In this document: positions 39,185 to 57,661 of the stretch, piece after piece
Numbering within the stretch: the stretch's first letter is position 1
Layout of the letters: every line of letters starts with the position of its first letter
Origin: Peribolospora baueri
Lineage: Eukaryota
Length of the DNA: 64,000 bases
Assembly (NCBI GenBank): GCA_029717555.1
Contig: JAMDHS010000001.1
Location: 62,001-126,000, forward strand
Direction of reading: 5' to 3'
Position numbers and translations under genes: made by a program
Notes under the pieces: generated by a model
Told to the model about the DNA's origin: nothing
Database searches by the model: none
The model's input: the letters and a program-made list of their open reading frames with translations, nothing else

Positions 39185-42100
39185 ATGACCGCCGCCACAT
39201 CTTCGCGAGACTCCCCCTCTCGCGACGGAGAGGAGCAACGCTCCGCCTCCGTCGACGACGATGCCCCACACGAACACCACTCCGATTTCGAGGCCGGCCA
39301 GAAGAGCGTCGACAACAAGCCCGGCGTCGGCGTCGAGGCCGCCCCGGACACGGACAAACACCCTTTGGCCCAGCCGGGGCAGAGGAATTTTGAGGCGAGG
39401 TATAGGCGGAAGTGGTGCGTGGGATGCCTATTCCTCTTTCCTTGCGCAGACGTTCCTTGGCTGACCCCCTTTGTTGTTCCTGTGGCCCGCCCGGGTCAGG
39501 TACCAAATCCACCTCCCCAAGGACCCTCCCCACCCCCCTCCCTCCTCCCTGGACGGCGCTTCCATCGTTCCCGACGTGTCCGCGTCCTGGCTCAGCCTCA
39601 TCACCTTCCAATACATGACCCCGCTCATGGTCCTTGGCTTCCAGCGTCCACTCGAGACGACGGATCTGTGGAAGTTGGACGGTCGCCGTTCGGCCGCTCA
39701 CCTCAGCGGCTTGCTCGACCGCGCTTGGCAGAAGAGGCAGGCCAGGGCGAGCTTGTTGGAGGCCGAGGTGAGGGAGGGCAAACGCGGGCCCGGCCTCTTG
39801 ACCAAGTTGCGTTGGCGTCTCGGATCCGCCAAGGAGAGCCTCTTTCATCCAAAAGCCGGCACCGGCACGTACGCTCAACGCGCCGCCCGTTGGCGCGATA
39901 CCGGCGGCGACGGCGAGTTTGTACCCAGCTTGGTCTGGGCCGTGCACGACGTCTTCAAGTGGCGTATCTGGTCCGGCTTGTGCTTCAAGGTCATGTGAGT
40001 GGACGAGCGGGACATGGTGGGGCTTTCTTTTTGCGCTCGCCTCACTATATCCTGCCCCTCCCCCCCCCCTCCCCCCCCAGCGGAGACACCCTGCAGATCA
40101 CTTCCCCCCTCGTCTCCAAAGCCATCATCAACTTTGGCAAAGACGCCTACGCCCACCACGTCAACCCTTCCCTGCCCAAACCCAATACCGGCCACGGCAT
40201 CGGCCTCGCTTTCGCCCTCTTCTTCATGATGGTCGGAGCGAGCCTGTGTCACCATCAATTCTTCTATCGCGGCATGTCCACCGGCGTCCTCACTCGTGGC
40301 GCGCTCATCAGCGCCATCTATGAGAGGAGCTTGCGCTTGAGCGGAAAGGCTCGGACGACGTTGACCAACGTGAGTGCCTGTCCTTCCTCGCCCGCCTTTC
40401 GTCCTTGCTCACACGGTCGTTTTGCTCGTTCGGACATGGCACAGGGAAAACTGGTCAACCACATCTCCACCGACGTCAGCCGGATCGACTTTGCCTCCGG
40501 CTGGTTCACCATCGTCTTCGCCGCTCCCATCCAGATGATCATCTGTCTTATCATCCTTCTCACTCAGCTCGGACCCTCCGCCCTGTCCGGATATGGCTTC
40601 TTTGTCCTCGTCACCCCGCTCCAGACCCGCACTATGGCTTACCTGTTTCGGTACCGAAGGAAGGCGATGATTTGGACCGATAAGAGGGCAAAGCTCATCC
40701 AAGAGCTCCTTTCCTCCATGCGCATCGTCAAGGTGCGCGCTCGCCCCCCGCGCCTCTCATCTCGACCTGCTGCTCACTCGTCCTTTCCTTGCCCCCCCGT
40801 CTCCTTCCTTCAGTTCTTCGCCTACGAGGACAACTTCCTCAAGCGTTTGGGTTTTATCCGAGGCCAAGAGCTGAAGAACATTCGCAATCTGCTCATCTTG
40901 AGGTCAGTCCTTCCAAGTACAACGCTCGCCTCGCCGGCTGGTCGCCGATTATTTTCGAACCCCCTTCCATGTCCCCCACACAGGTCTGCCAACAACGCCG
41001 TCGCGTTCTCCCTCCCCATCCTCGCCGCTGTCATCTCCTTCTGCGTCTACGCTATCAATCACACCCTCGACCCGGCCATCATCTTCTCCTCCCTCCTGCT
41101 CTTCCAGCTCTTACGAATGCCTCTCATATTCCTCCCCCTCACCCTATCCGCCATCACCGACGCCCGCAACGCCTTTGAACGTCTCCAAAATGTTTTCCTC
41201 GCCGATACCCTTCCCGGCTCCACCGATTTTGATCCGGAGAGCGAGTACGGCGTCGTGGTGGAGGATGGAAGGTTTCAGTGGGAGCAAGTTCAGGTGGAGG
41301 AGGATGCGGCGGCGAAGAAGATGGCTCAGAAGGAGAAGAAGTGGGCCGGGCGGATGGACAAGGACAAGAAGAAGGATAAGGGCAGGAAGAAGCCGGAGAA
41401 GATGAGCGGCACCTCCACGCCCGTGACCGTCGCTGGTGGAGCCACCAAAGGGTCCGGAGAGCCGATGCAGGAAACCCCCTCGGAGCCGTTCCAGCTGCAG
41501 GGCATCAACCTCAAGATCCCCAAGGGCCAGCTGTGCGCCATCGTCGGCCCCGTGGGCAACGGGAAGAGTAGCCTCCTCCAGGCTCTCGTCGGCGAGATGA
41601 AGAAGCTCCAGGGACGCGTCGTCTTCGGAGGCTCGGTCGGGTACTGCTCCCAGGTGAGTTTCCTCCTCACTCGCGATCGGCGACTGCCTCGGCGTTGAAA
41701 GTCCATTCTTTTCGGTCGTCCTCCGTCCTCGTTCTGTTTCGTGCCCCGTAGACGGCATGGATCCAGAATGCCACCCTCAGGGATAACATTCTCTTTGGAC
41801 GGCCGTTCGATGAAGATCGTTACTGGCGCGTCATCCGCGACGCTTTGCTCGAAGCCGATTTGGAGATGCTACCGAACGGAGATTTGACCGAGGTACGTCT
41901 CACCGGATGCTGCTCTTTCACACGAATCTGGACGGCTGGCTGACGCTTCGATCCTTCGCTCCCTCGCCCCCTCGCGCTCATCTCGGTGGCAACAAAGATC
42001 GGCGAAAAGGGCATCAACCTTTCTGGAGGGCAGAAGCAGCGTGTCAACATCGCTCGCGCGCTGTATTACGACGCCGACGTCGTCTGCCTCGACGACCCGC

Positions 42101-45100
42101 TCTCGGCGGTCGACGCGCACGTCGGCAAGGCGCTGTTCCGCGACGCCATCAAAGGCGCCTTGAAAGCCAAGACCGTCGTTTTGGTCACACACGCCCTCCA
42201 CTTCCTCCCTCAGGTCGATTATATCTACACCGTCGTCAACGGCAGCATCGCCGAACAGGGAACCTACGCCGAGCTGATCGCCAATCAGGGGCCCTTCTCC
42301 CAGCTCATGGAGGAGTTTGGTGGAGAGGAGGAAGAGGCAAAGAAAGACGAGGAGGAGGAGGAGGAGGCGGCCGTCGAGGAGACGGGCAAGGAAGTCAAGC
42401 GCCCGGACAGGTCCGCGATGAACGGCAAGGCTGGAGGACCAGGTTTGATGCAGGAGGAGGAAAGGAACACCGGCGCTGTCTCCTGGGCCGTCTACTCCCA
42501 GTACAGTGCGTATTCTGGTGTTCGAGATTTGCATGGGGGAAGCGGGGAGGGAGGCAGGGAACCGAACGCTCACATCTCATCTCTACCCCACGCACAGTAC
42601 GCGCTGCCAACGGCCTTATCACGGTCCCGTTGTGCATCCTCTCTCTGGCTCTCATGCAGGTGACCACTATCCTCAACTCTTACTTCCTCGTCTGGTGGCA
42701 GGAGAACTCCTTCCACCTTCACCAAGGCGCCTACATGGGCATCTACGCGTCCTTGGGCGTCGCCATGATGATTCTAGCGTTCCTCGTCGGCAGCTGTAAG
42801 TCCGTGCCGATACCCGCGCCCGGGATGCTGGCGCGCCGAGTGGCTCAAGGCAGACTCGTTTCTCGTCTTTTTGTCGACACAGGCATGAGCGTCCTGTCCT
42901 ATTTCTCTTGCGCAAACTTGCACCGCGCCGCCATCACCAGGGTCATGCGAGCTCCCATGGCGTGGTTCGATGGTGCGTGGAACTCTTTCCTGTCCCATCG
43001 GTCGCTTTTGCGGTCGTGAGAACAATGGGCGTGCTCACATGATTCTGTACCTCTCCTTGGCTTGCTACTATCAGTCACTCCGATTGGAAGAATCAGTACG
43101 TACGGCCATCTCCATCGATCACTCCATGGTGGTCTCCACGTGCTGGCAGGCTGGCAGGCTGGCGTGAGCAAGGCTTAGAGCTGACTTGACACCGTACCCC
43201 CTCCGCGCGCCCCCCAGTGAACCGTTTCAGCAAGGTGGGCAAGCGCTGCTGTCCTGTCGAGGCGGCGCGTACGAGCTGACATGGACTTTTTTGTTTTCAG
43301 GACGTTGACACTCTCGATAACATGCTCGCCGATGCGATCCGCATGGCTTCGAACACTTTCGCCAGGTGGGGGGGCCAGATGTACGTGCAGATGAATGAGA
43401 CAACCGGTGTGCTGACTTTGTCCTCGCCCTCCACCCTGCTATAGCGTTATCGGGTCTATCATTCTCATCACGATCGTTGCCCACTACTTTGTCATTGGTG
43501 AGTCGCGCCAGTCCATCTACAGTCCTTGGCCGCAAAATTCGAGTGATTGACCATCAACTGCACCGGTGCCTTTGCAGCCGTGGCCGTCGTCATCGTTTTC
43601 TACTGGTATGCCGCGCTCTTCTATCGGTCGTCCGCACGAGAGCTCAAGCGCCTGGGTACGTCCATATCTGTCCCCCGCCGCGCCTTCTGCGCAAGGACCT
43701 GACCGAGCGTCCATGCCCCACCCCCACAGATGCTATCCTGCGAAGCTCGCTGTATGGCCACTTTTCCGAGTCCTTGACCGGCCTCTCCACCATCCGCGCG
43801 TACGGAGAAGAGGGCCGATTCGTCGAAGACAATCGCAAGTACATGGACATTGAGAACCGAGCGTACTACATGACGATCACCAATCAGCGTTGGCTGGGAG
43901 TGAGGCTCGATGTGAGTTGATCATCGTCACCCGTCTTTTCTTGTCTTGTCTTGTCTTGTCTGGGCGCGGGCGCGGGCGTTCGTGCTGATGGCGCTCGCTC
44001 GCTCAATCTCACGCAGTTCCTCGGCGCCCTCTTGACCCTGATCGTCGCGATGTGAGTATGCGCGCCACCAAACCCTTTTTCGCCGTGAGCTTGAGATCGA
44101 TGTTAACGCCCTCTCGCCACCGCCAGTATCGCCACCGCCGGTGGGAGCTCCATTCCTCCGGGTCAGATCGGCGTCGCATTGACATATGTCATCCAGCTGG
44201 CACAGGTGTTTGGATTCCTGACCCGTCAAGTGGCCGAAGTGGAGAATGACATGAACTCGTGTGAGCGCGTCCTTCATTTTGCCAACACGCTGGAGCAGGA
44301 GGCCCCGTACGAGATTGAGGCAACCAAACCTCCGCCGGAGTGGCCGAGCCGTGGAGAAGTGGTGATGAAGAAGTGAGTCACTGCGGCCCCGTTGGAGGAC
44401 CTTTTTGCCCCGTCACGAAAGCGTCGGTTCGCTAACCTGACTGTCTGCCGTCGCGGACAGCGTGGTGATGTCTTACCGACCCGGCCTTGCGCCCGTGCTG
44501 AAGGGCATCTCGATGCACGTGAGAGCGGGGGAGAAGATCGGCATCGTCGGTCGGACCGGCGCGGGCAAGTCAAGCATCATGATCGCCCTGTTCCGGCTCG
44601 TCGAGCTGACGTCGGGCTCGATCGTGATCGACGGCGTGGACATTGGCAAGATCGGCCTGAGAGACCTGCGTCAAAAATTGTCGATCATCCCCCAAGACCC
44701 TCTGCTTTTCAGCGGCACGATCCGCTCCAATCTTGACCCGTTTAACGAGTACGATGACAGTCGGCTATGGGATGCCTTGAAGCGAGCCTATCTGGTCGAT
44801 TCGAACTTTGACCCGTCCGCCGCGACCAAGCCGGCGGCGGTGACGACGGAGAAGGCGGCCGCCGCGAGCGAAGGTCGGGCGTTCGAGGCTCGCACGTCGG
44901 CGGTGATACCGCGGTTGACGCTCGAGACGGCCGTCGAGGACGAGGGCGTGAACCTGAGCGTCGGCGAGCGCTCGCTCGTCAGCCTTGCCAGGGCGCTCGT
45001 CAAAGATTCGCAGGTCATCGTCTTGGACGAAGGTGAGCCCGCATGACGTGGCGTCGCCGCGTGCCGCGGAGCGAGCTCTGATCGCCTCTCCTCTCTCTTC

Positions 45101-45590
45101 CTCGGATTTCGTTTCGTCGGCAGCCACTGCGAGCGTGGATCTTGAGACGGACGCGAAGATCCAAGAGACGATCCGTCGCGAGTTTGCCGATAAGACGCTC
45201 CTCTGCATCGCTCGTGAGTAGTATCCCTCGTTGGCCGTCGAGCATTATCCGGACGCTCATCCTGTTTCCTTCCTCTTTCGACGACGGTGGCGGCCAGACC
45301 GTCTTCGGACGATCCTCGCTTACGACCGCATTCTCGTCCTCTCTGAGGGTCGCGTGGAGGTGAGTGGCGGGCCTGGCTGGCTCGGTTTGATGTCGAGACA
45401 GCCAGCGGCTCACCGTCCGTCTGCCTTTCTCTCTTTCCATCGCGATGACACGTGGACGCCAAAGGAATTCGACACACCGCTCAACCTATTCCTCCGAGCA
45501 GACAGCATCTTCAGGAGCATGTGCGAAAAGTCGGGCGTGACGCGCGAGGACGTCGAGAAGAGCCGCTTGGACCGGTGGGAGGAACGATAG
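39185..45590 (+). CDS. ABCC/MRP transporter without TMD0, YOR1-like
   Basis: NBD1 [29 protein letters not shown]2 WFDVTPIGRIMNRFSKD; NBD2 [34 protein letters not shown]; many introns. Confidence 0.95.
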
Positions 45591-46777
45591 ATAGACGGCC
45601 GGACGGGGATGGTCTTTTCCTACTTTCTTCTTACTTGCTTTCTTTGCTCTTGCTCCTGCTTGTGTGCGCGCGCGTGTGTGTTTGCATGGTATCGATGATG
45701 ATCGGGCGCGGTGACGCAACGCACGCAACGCAGCCGTATATGGCGGCCTCTGATCCATTACGCCGCCCTCCATGGCGCCGACGCTCCGCGAAAGCATGAA
45801 AGAGAGCTCGCGGGGCCAGCGTAACTCGGTCGGTCCTTCTTCACGCAGCACCGATCGACCGACCGGGCACGGGACGACCGGCCAAGGTTGTGTGGAAGGA
45901 AAGAGCGGAGTGGGAGATAACCCTAAGGCGCCGATCGGTGCAGTGCACGTGCCGTGCCTGCTGCGGCGTGCTGCGGCGCGAACGGGCGGCTGGAGGGCGA
46001 CTAAGAGCGTCGGGGCGCGGATGGGAGTGGGGTGGTGAGGGAGGAGGGGAGAGAAGAGATCAGGAAAGGAAAGAAGGTGTGAAGGGATGAAGGAAAGGGA
46101 GAGAGTGAGCGAGAGGGGAAGAAAGACAGGGCTGCGTTGAAGGAAGACAAAGGCGGTCGAGCGAGCCAGATAGCGATGGACGAATGACGGACGAATGATG
46201 GAGAGAGATTGAGATCGACGCTGACCTTCATCCATCCACCCGCCTCGACTTCGACCACCAACCCGCTCGACACTCACCACCACCACCACCGACGGCTCCC
46301 ACCATCGCCCTCGCCCTCTTCCTCGTCTCTCTCCCTCCGCAACCCTCGCCCCGCCCATCTCACCGCCGGCGTCACCCTCGCCGCGCGCCTCGCCCGCCTT
46401 CCATCCGTCCGGGACGCGGACCCGGACGCGGACGCGGTCGCGGACACCGACACCGACACCGACGACGGCACCGGTATCGACACCGACGTGGCCATCGAGC
46501 AGCGACACAGAGAGCGACGGAGCGACAAAGCGACAAAGCGACAAAGACAGAGCGACAGAGACGGAGCGCGTGCGTGCGAGTGAGGCAACCCGCGGCGTCC
46601 CAGTCGAGTCTGCTCGCCCGCATAGACGCCATCCAACGTCCTGAGCCCAAGGTGGATCCTGGCCGACGTCAACCCGTCGGCCCCCTCCCTTAACCTCCTT
46701 CCCTTCAAGTTCACCCCTTTTATCCCCCTCACCCATCCACGCCCTGACCGTCTTCACAGCCACCTAGCCTAGCGGTC

Positions 46778-51745
<4,968 letters not shown>

Positions 51746-52831
51746 GCCAGTCCGCTCGCTCACTCGCTTCCGCTCTTTTCATCTCGAGTACGAGCCGTCT
51801 TTTGCCAGCATATATCGGGTGCCACTCGGGCACCCTCCCTGTGGCGCTCGTACGAACTATCCATATATCTATCATCTGTATCATTCCCCGCTCTTATACG
51901 GCCATCCCTCCCCATCTTACTTCCTCCTCTCCGCGCTCGGGCGCCATGAGTTAGCTGGTCCGCCCGCCCATCTTTGCTCTTTCGCGATCCAATATACCAT
52001 GCATCATCACATGCAATCCGTGACGTCCGTCCGTGATCCTATCTGTTCGCATTTGGCGATCGTGGCCGCGGATACAGCCGAAGGTCCTGCGAGATTGAAG
52101 ACGGTTGTCGGTCTAGAAATCGAAATGGCGTTAAGAAGCGTCCAAACCCATGCAAACGAGGCTGGGCCGGCGTGCAAGTGAGGTCCCTCGACTGGGCGTT
52201 CCAGAGGGACGGGGCGACCCAGCTAGCCTAGCCTGGCCGGTCGATCTCCCTCCGGCTCCGGCGGCGGCCAACCAGTTTCCTCGGCGTCTTACTCGCCCCT
52301 TCTGGCTCGCTCGCCTTTTCCCCTCACCCGTCTCTCCCCACCGGGATTGCATATGGATGAAATCACGTTGCTGAGATGGATGACGAAAAGACGAGAGCGA
52401 GAGAGAGAGAGAGATGAACACATTTACATGGTCACGATGATGGGAGATGGGAGAATGCGAGAGCGCGGGTGATGAGGATGCGGGGGTAACACGATTCGTA
52501 TGTGGAAAGATAAGCGGACGGCGGGGCGGTCTTGACGAGAGGAGAGTGGATCCAAGGTGAGAAGAGGTGTCCGATTGAGGGGAAAGAGGCGATGCGATGA
52601 ATGCAGGATGCTAGAGGATGATGATGCGAGGTGACTCAAAGAGGAAATGTGGCGTGCCCCGGGCAGGAAACGCAAACGATCGTAACGATAAGTGCATAAT
52701 GCGTGGAAGAAGTGGAAGAGAGAAAAAAAAATATTCTGAGACGAATCTACGGTGCCGGAGGAAGGGAAGAGCTGCCGTCCGCAGACGATTGCACGAGGCG
52801 GGCGAGCCCCCGTCGTCGATCAATAAGCCAA

Positions 52832-55506
52832 TCAGTCCAACGCTTCCTCATCCTCGCCCCCGTCGTCGTCCTCCTCATACTCCAGTTCGCAGTTTTCATC
52901 GTTCAGGCTATACGCCCCAGGCGGGACGTGGTCATCGGGAGACGTCTCAGAAGACGCATCGCCGATCTCCCACGTGTACGCGGAGCCGTCGCCATCATAG
53001 CACGATGCGGCGCTGAGGGGACGCATGGGACGACGGACACGGGCAAGGAGTTCGTCGATGGAGGCAAACTTTGTGGGATCCGTGGCAAACTTGCGGTGCC
53101 TCTTGCCTTGGACGTGCTGAAGTGGAGAAGGGAGAGCCGACGTGTAGAGATGTGGGTTAGCGGCCGACTCATCTCCTCTGTAAAGAGCCCCCACTCTGCG
53201 GCCGGCCGACAACTGAGGCCAACTTTCGCAAAGAAAGGACGGTGAAGCTTACCTCGTCAAAGTCTTCGAATTTGACCCTACAGTTCTCACAGTAGCCCGG
53301 CTTCTTCGGTTCGTCCCTCCTGAATGGCACGGCGTTCGCGCTGCGGCTCTTCCTCATCATCGGGCGATATTCGAGGTCTTGTGGCGCCACCGAGGCGGCG
53401 CGCGATGATCTTCCTCCACCCGCCACCGCAGCAGCCGCCGCTGGCGAGGGAGCCGCCTTGCCCTCCGCGGCCAACTCGAGCATGCGGTGCACCAGCACGC
53501 TCTTTCCGTCTTCAGGCACTTGGAGATGATTCCCGGCGCCGGTCGAGCCCGATCCGCTCGTCGTTCCGCTTCGTCCGTGGATCGCTGGCACCTGCTGTGC
53601 GCGAGGAGGGAGCGAGACGTGCACGCGCCTCCCAAGCTGGGTGACGCGCTTGTTTTGGGGCAGGCCGAAACCGTTCAAGCCAGGCGTGCCGCCAGGAGCC
53701 GGCATAATGCCGGAGCGGATGGAAGTGGTGGAGCCGATGGCGGAGGTGACGTGAACGCTATTCCCGCTCGCCGCCAGGAACGGCTGGTAGCCGCTCTTAC
53801 CGTGGGTGGAGGCGAGGTTGTAGGGGAAGTGGTTGAGGCTGACGGTGCGCCGGAGAGTGTCGCGCGTATTAACACGGAGGTTTCTCTGATGCTGACGGTA
53901 CGCGTAATCGTCCGGTACGTCAAAGCGTGAGAAAGGGCATCTCCCCTCCAAGTGACCGTATAGCTGAGGCCACTCGGGGTCCTGTCCTTCGCGAGGCTTC
54001 TCATACTCCTGCAGGATAATTGGACGATGGCGGCCAGTGGCATCTTCGACCATGAGATAGCACGACGACTTGGGAAAGTAGTAGTAATCCGAGCGCGGGG
54101 CATTGGGGTCGCGCTCGCGAGTGCCGTTCAACTTTTCCTCGCGGAGAAGGTTGGACAAATCGGGCTGTTTGCCCTTTTCGGGAGTGGGGACGCTAACGCG
54201 GAGACGCGACAAGACGGTGTGCAGCTCTGGGACGCGGACGAAAGGGAAAAATTCAGTTGTATGCGGGACTGCTCGGTGAGGCGCGGGCGGTCCAGTGTAC
54301 GCTACACTCACTCTCTGGCGACCATATCTTGGTACCGAACTCGCGAGCCTTTTGTAGAAAGTCCTTACCGCTGGGCTCGTCGAAGGGGTTCCTGTCCGAA
54401 TGAACTGGCACGCTGATCGACCGATGTCGAAACGAGACACGCGTTAGCTACGTCGTCGTGTTCTGAAACGGGCAAAAGCAACCCACTTTTTTGAGGCGGC
54501 GCCGGCAACAAACTTGCTTGGAGAATGCCTCGTCTTGGGTAGAGTCCTGTTGCGAGCGCGACTGCCAAGGATAGACGTGCCCAATTGTTGGAGCACGCCA
54601 GGTTGCGGCTTGCGGGTCGCGTGTCCCACCGCGACGTTCTCCTTGTCCGCCGCCGGCACTACGTTGGGTTTGGGCACGGAGCGCGTGGTGACGATGTGCG
54701 TCACCTTGCGAGAGAAAAAGCTGTCGATTTGCTGGAGTGATTCCGAGGGGGGGATGAATGCCAGTGAGCTTCTGCAGATATGATATGCATGCCAAGAAAG
54801 GATGAAACGGAAGGCCAACGCTCACTCCGCCAAGGCTTCTGACCTGCTCCACAAAGCCCTTAGCAACTCCAGGATCGAGCGAATCGAGGTAGAACACGAA
54901 GGCAGGGAAGGCCTTTGCGTATTTCTGCCTCCACTCTTCCTCCCTCTGCATGCGAGCATTGTACGCCTCCAACTTGGCCGCGCGCTCGTGGTCGTCTGCC
55001 GTACGGTCGTACTTGTCAATCCGCACTGTCGAGCGCACCGAGCCCTGCTGGGCTGTCGTCGATGTCGACGGCCCGGGGACCGCAGGAGCGGATTCTGCAC
55101 CCTTGGCTGCGTTGGGTGCGCCGGATTCGTCGGGGCGAGAGGAGGAAGGCGGCTTGTGAGGAGAGGGTCGAGATCGCTTGGCAGGCGAGGGAACGTTTCG
55201 AAAGTGGACATCTTCAACGGGTACGGCGCGTTTCTTGGGGGTCACGGCGTTGTCGCGAGAGAAGGCGTGCTCGAGGGCTGCCTTCAGATGGCTGTGCGTG
55301 TCGGCCTTGCCCATTGAGGCCGCGGTGGCGGTGGCGGTCGTCGTGTTCTTGGTCTTGTCCGCCAACTTTACCGTCCCTCCTGCTGCTGCTGCTCCGGGCT
55401 GAACGTTGGCGTGGTTGGCGAAGGAGAAGTTGGAGTGCGCGCAGCCGACGGCCGAAGCGTGCTTGACGGCAAGCGGCTGGCGCACCGGGTTGGACACGGC
55501 CGACAT
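52832..55506 (-). CDS. DBF4: Dbf4/Dfp1 regulatory subunit of Cdc7 kinase
   Basis: N motif FVFYLDS...FFSRKVTHIVTTR; M motif YLMVEDATGRHRPIILQEY...WPQL...GRCPF; zinc finger PGYCENCRVKFEDFDE..HVQGKRHRKFA. Confidence 0.92.
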
Positions 55507-55686
55507 GGACGGAGGAGCCGGCGGAGATGGGCGAGTGGAGACAGGATGGAGAAGGGGGGGCGAAGGGTGAGGAGGGAGTGGAGGAGAATAAAGAGGGACG
55601 ATGGTGGCCGGCCTGGCTGACGGAGGAGGAAGAGGAGGGAGGAGGACTGGCTGATCGTCGTCACCAACCTCGCACGATCCCTAGCA

Positions 55687-55701
55687 ACGCGTCGGACGCG
55701 T
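55687..55701. promoter_or_regulatory. Tandem MCB (MluI) boxes ACGCGT-cgg-ACGCGT
   Basis: Two perfect ACGCGT sites about 180 bp upstream of the DBF4 ATG. Confidence 0.6.
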
Positions 55702-55952
55702 CTTGCCGCAGCAGTTCGTTTGGTCGATCGGATGGACAGGCTTATTAGAGTGGAGGGGACACGTCGCGTGCTAGGAATGAACATGGCAGCCTGTGGAATG
55801 CTCGCCTTGCTCCATCTTCGCGGATGCGAAAGTCCCGTATGCAATGGGATGGATACGGACACGTTCTATTGCCTCTGGGTGACATTTGCCGCCTGTGAAT
55901 TTCAAGCTGCTCCCGCTCATCTCGAACGCTCATCTGTCCATTCCTCCCTCCA

Positions 55953-57474
55953 TCAACCCGCCGCCGTGCGGCGCCGTCCAAGTTCAGCCTCCAGCCCCAG
56001 CCGGTCGTATCCGAAGAAATGCCTCCCAGGCATCCGACTGGCAACAGCACCAACGGCAGTCATACCCGCTCCGACGGCCGACGCCCCATTGTCGCTGACC
56101 GTCGACATGGCCGCGTCGAGGTAAGGGATGCTAGGGCTCTTCGGAGTCTCCGGTGCGGGAGTCGAAGAGCTCCCCGGGGCGTCCGATTCGCCACGGCGGC
56201 TGCGAGTGGAGAATACGCCCGACGATGGTTTACCTTCGCTTCTTCTGCTGCCCTTTGGCGTGCCGGTGGGACTGGGAGGGAGGAAGCGGTCGGCAGGTGG
56301 AAAATCTGCGGCGAGTGAAGGTGGCCGTCCGTTACACGAACGTGAGCGGAAAAAAGGCAAAATGATGAGTGCGCTGTATGTACCACGTCGGCGACCTCCG
56401 CGCATAGAAAGAACCCACAGAGGGTGAACGTGCCCGCACCGCACTTGCCGTGCGTCTTGGCTAGGTGTGCTTCGAGAAGACGGAGGTTGCGGAGGTTGCA
56501 CTAGAGACAATCCGGGGGAGGCCAGCGTCAGCGTCAGCGTGTGGACGCGTGCATATCGCGGTGTCTCACCTTGAAGGCGATGTCGAGCAGGTCTCCAATG
56601 AAGGGGATGAGTCCCAGTACGAAGTCAAGCAACACGTTCAAAAACTGCAAGACAAGAGATCCGGAATACCGCAGGAAAGTCAGGTCGTTTGGCGGAACAG
56701 AATCGAATGGACGACCCGAAGCGGAAAAGGGAAGAAAAAGTATCTACTCACCATGTGGAAGATGATGCTGCCGGGCAGGGCAAAGAGGCTGCACAAGAAG
56801 ATCTGGTAGAGGCTGACGGTAAGAATGATGTGACTGTAAGCTTGACGCTCTCGAGAAGACGAGAGCTTGCCTTTCGAAGCTTGACGGAAGCGAGCAGATG
56901 CGACTTACCCTAGAACGAAACCGATGAGATCTCCACCTCCCGGAATAAGCCCGACAATGCCGTCTATGCCCACGCTGAAGGGTAGCGCCTTCGCCAGGAA
57001 CGGCACGTCGTCGAGCCAGAAGGCTACAGTGCGAATGTGGTTGTAGAGCCGCTGCGCCTGTAGGTGGTAGGGAATAGGGAGTGACCAGTTGGGCAGAAGA
57101 GCGGTCAGACACTGCGGCTTTACGATTTGTTCACTCGGCTCTCCTGGGACCCAACTCGCTCACCTCCTCATCGTTTCTCGGCCTCCTCAACGGCACCGCG
57201 TACCGGGGCTTGAAGCCATACCTTCCCCTTCGTCCGCTCGCCTCGCCAGGGGCGTGTTGGCCCCCTCCATCGTCGTCCATATCAACCTCGTCGTCGGCGC
57301 TCACCACAACGGGCGTCTGACGGGTGCGGCCCGTGTTCATCGTCCATTGGATGGATTTGTTGAGCTGAGAGGAGAGGGACGACCGTCAGTGTCGTTCTTC
57401 TCGAGGACGGGCACGCGACGCCGTCGATTGGATCTCACCGCATAGCGCGCTGCGCTGCCAGCCAGCGAGGCCAT
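55953..57474 (-). CDS. DUF4112-family membrane protein
   Basis: Spliced: VAFWLDD...SVGIDGIVGLIPGGGDLIG...HMFLNVLLDFVLGLIPFIGDLLDIAFKCNLRNLRLLEAHL. Confidence 0.88.
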
Positions 57475-57661
57475 GGTCGTCAGACCTCGTAGTTGAATGT
57501 TCAGTGAGGACGACTCTTCTCCCGTCAACAGATGGCGGTCCCCCTCCAACCCCGGTCGCTGTCTCTTGTGGCTTGACTGACTTCCTAAGACGAGTGCTGA
57601 CGTCAGTCAAGCCACGAGCTTGAGCTCAAAGAGTTCAGATTGTCATTCCCACGTGGCAGAC

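Noticed and set aside
45486..46763. 425-aa minus-strand ORF upstream of YAK1
   Set aside because: It is built from simple repeats and low-complexity sequence, with a non-ATG start
57337..57474. Apparent uORF with an ATGA stop-start overlap before DUF4112
   Set aside because: A GTGAGA...CTGAC...CAG intron joins MASLAGSAARYA in frame to LNKSIQWTMNTG, so it is simply exon 1
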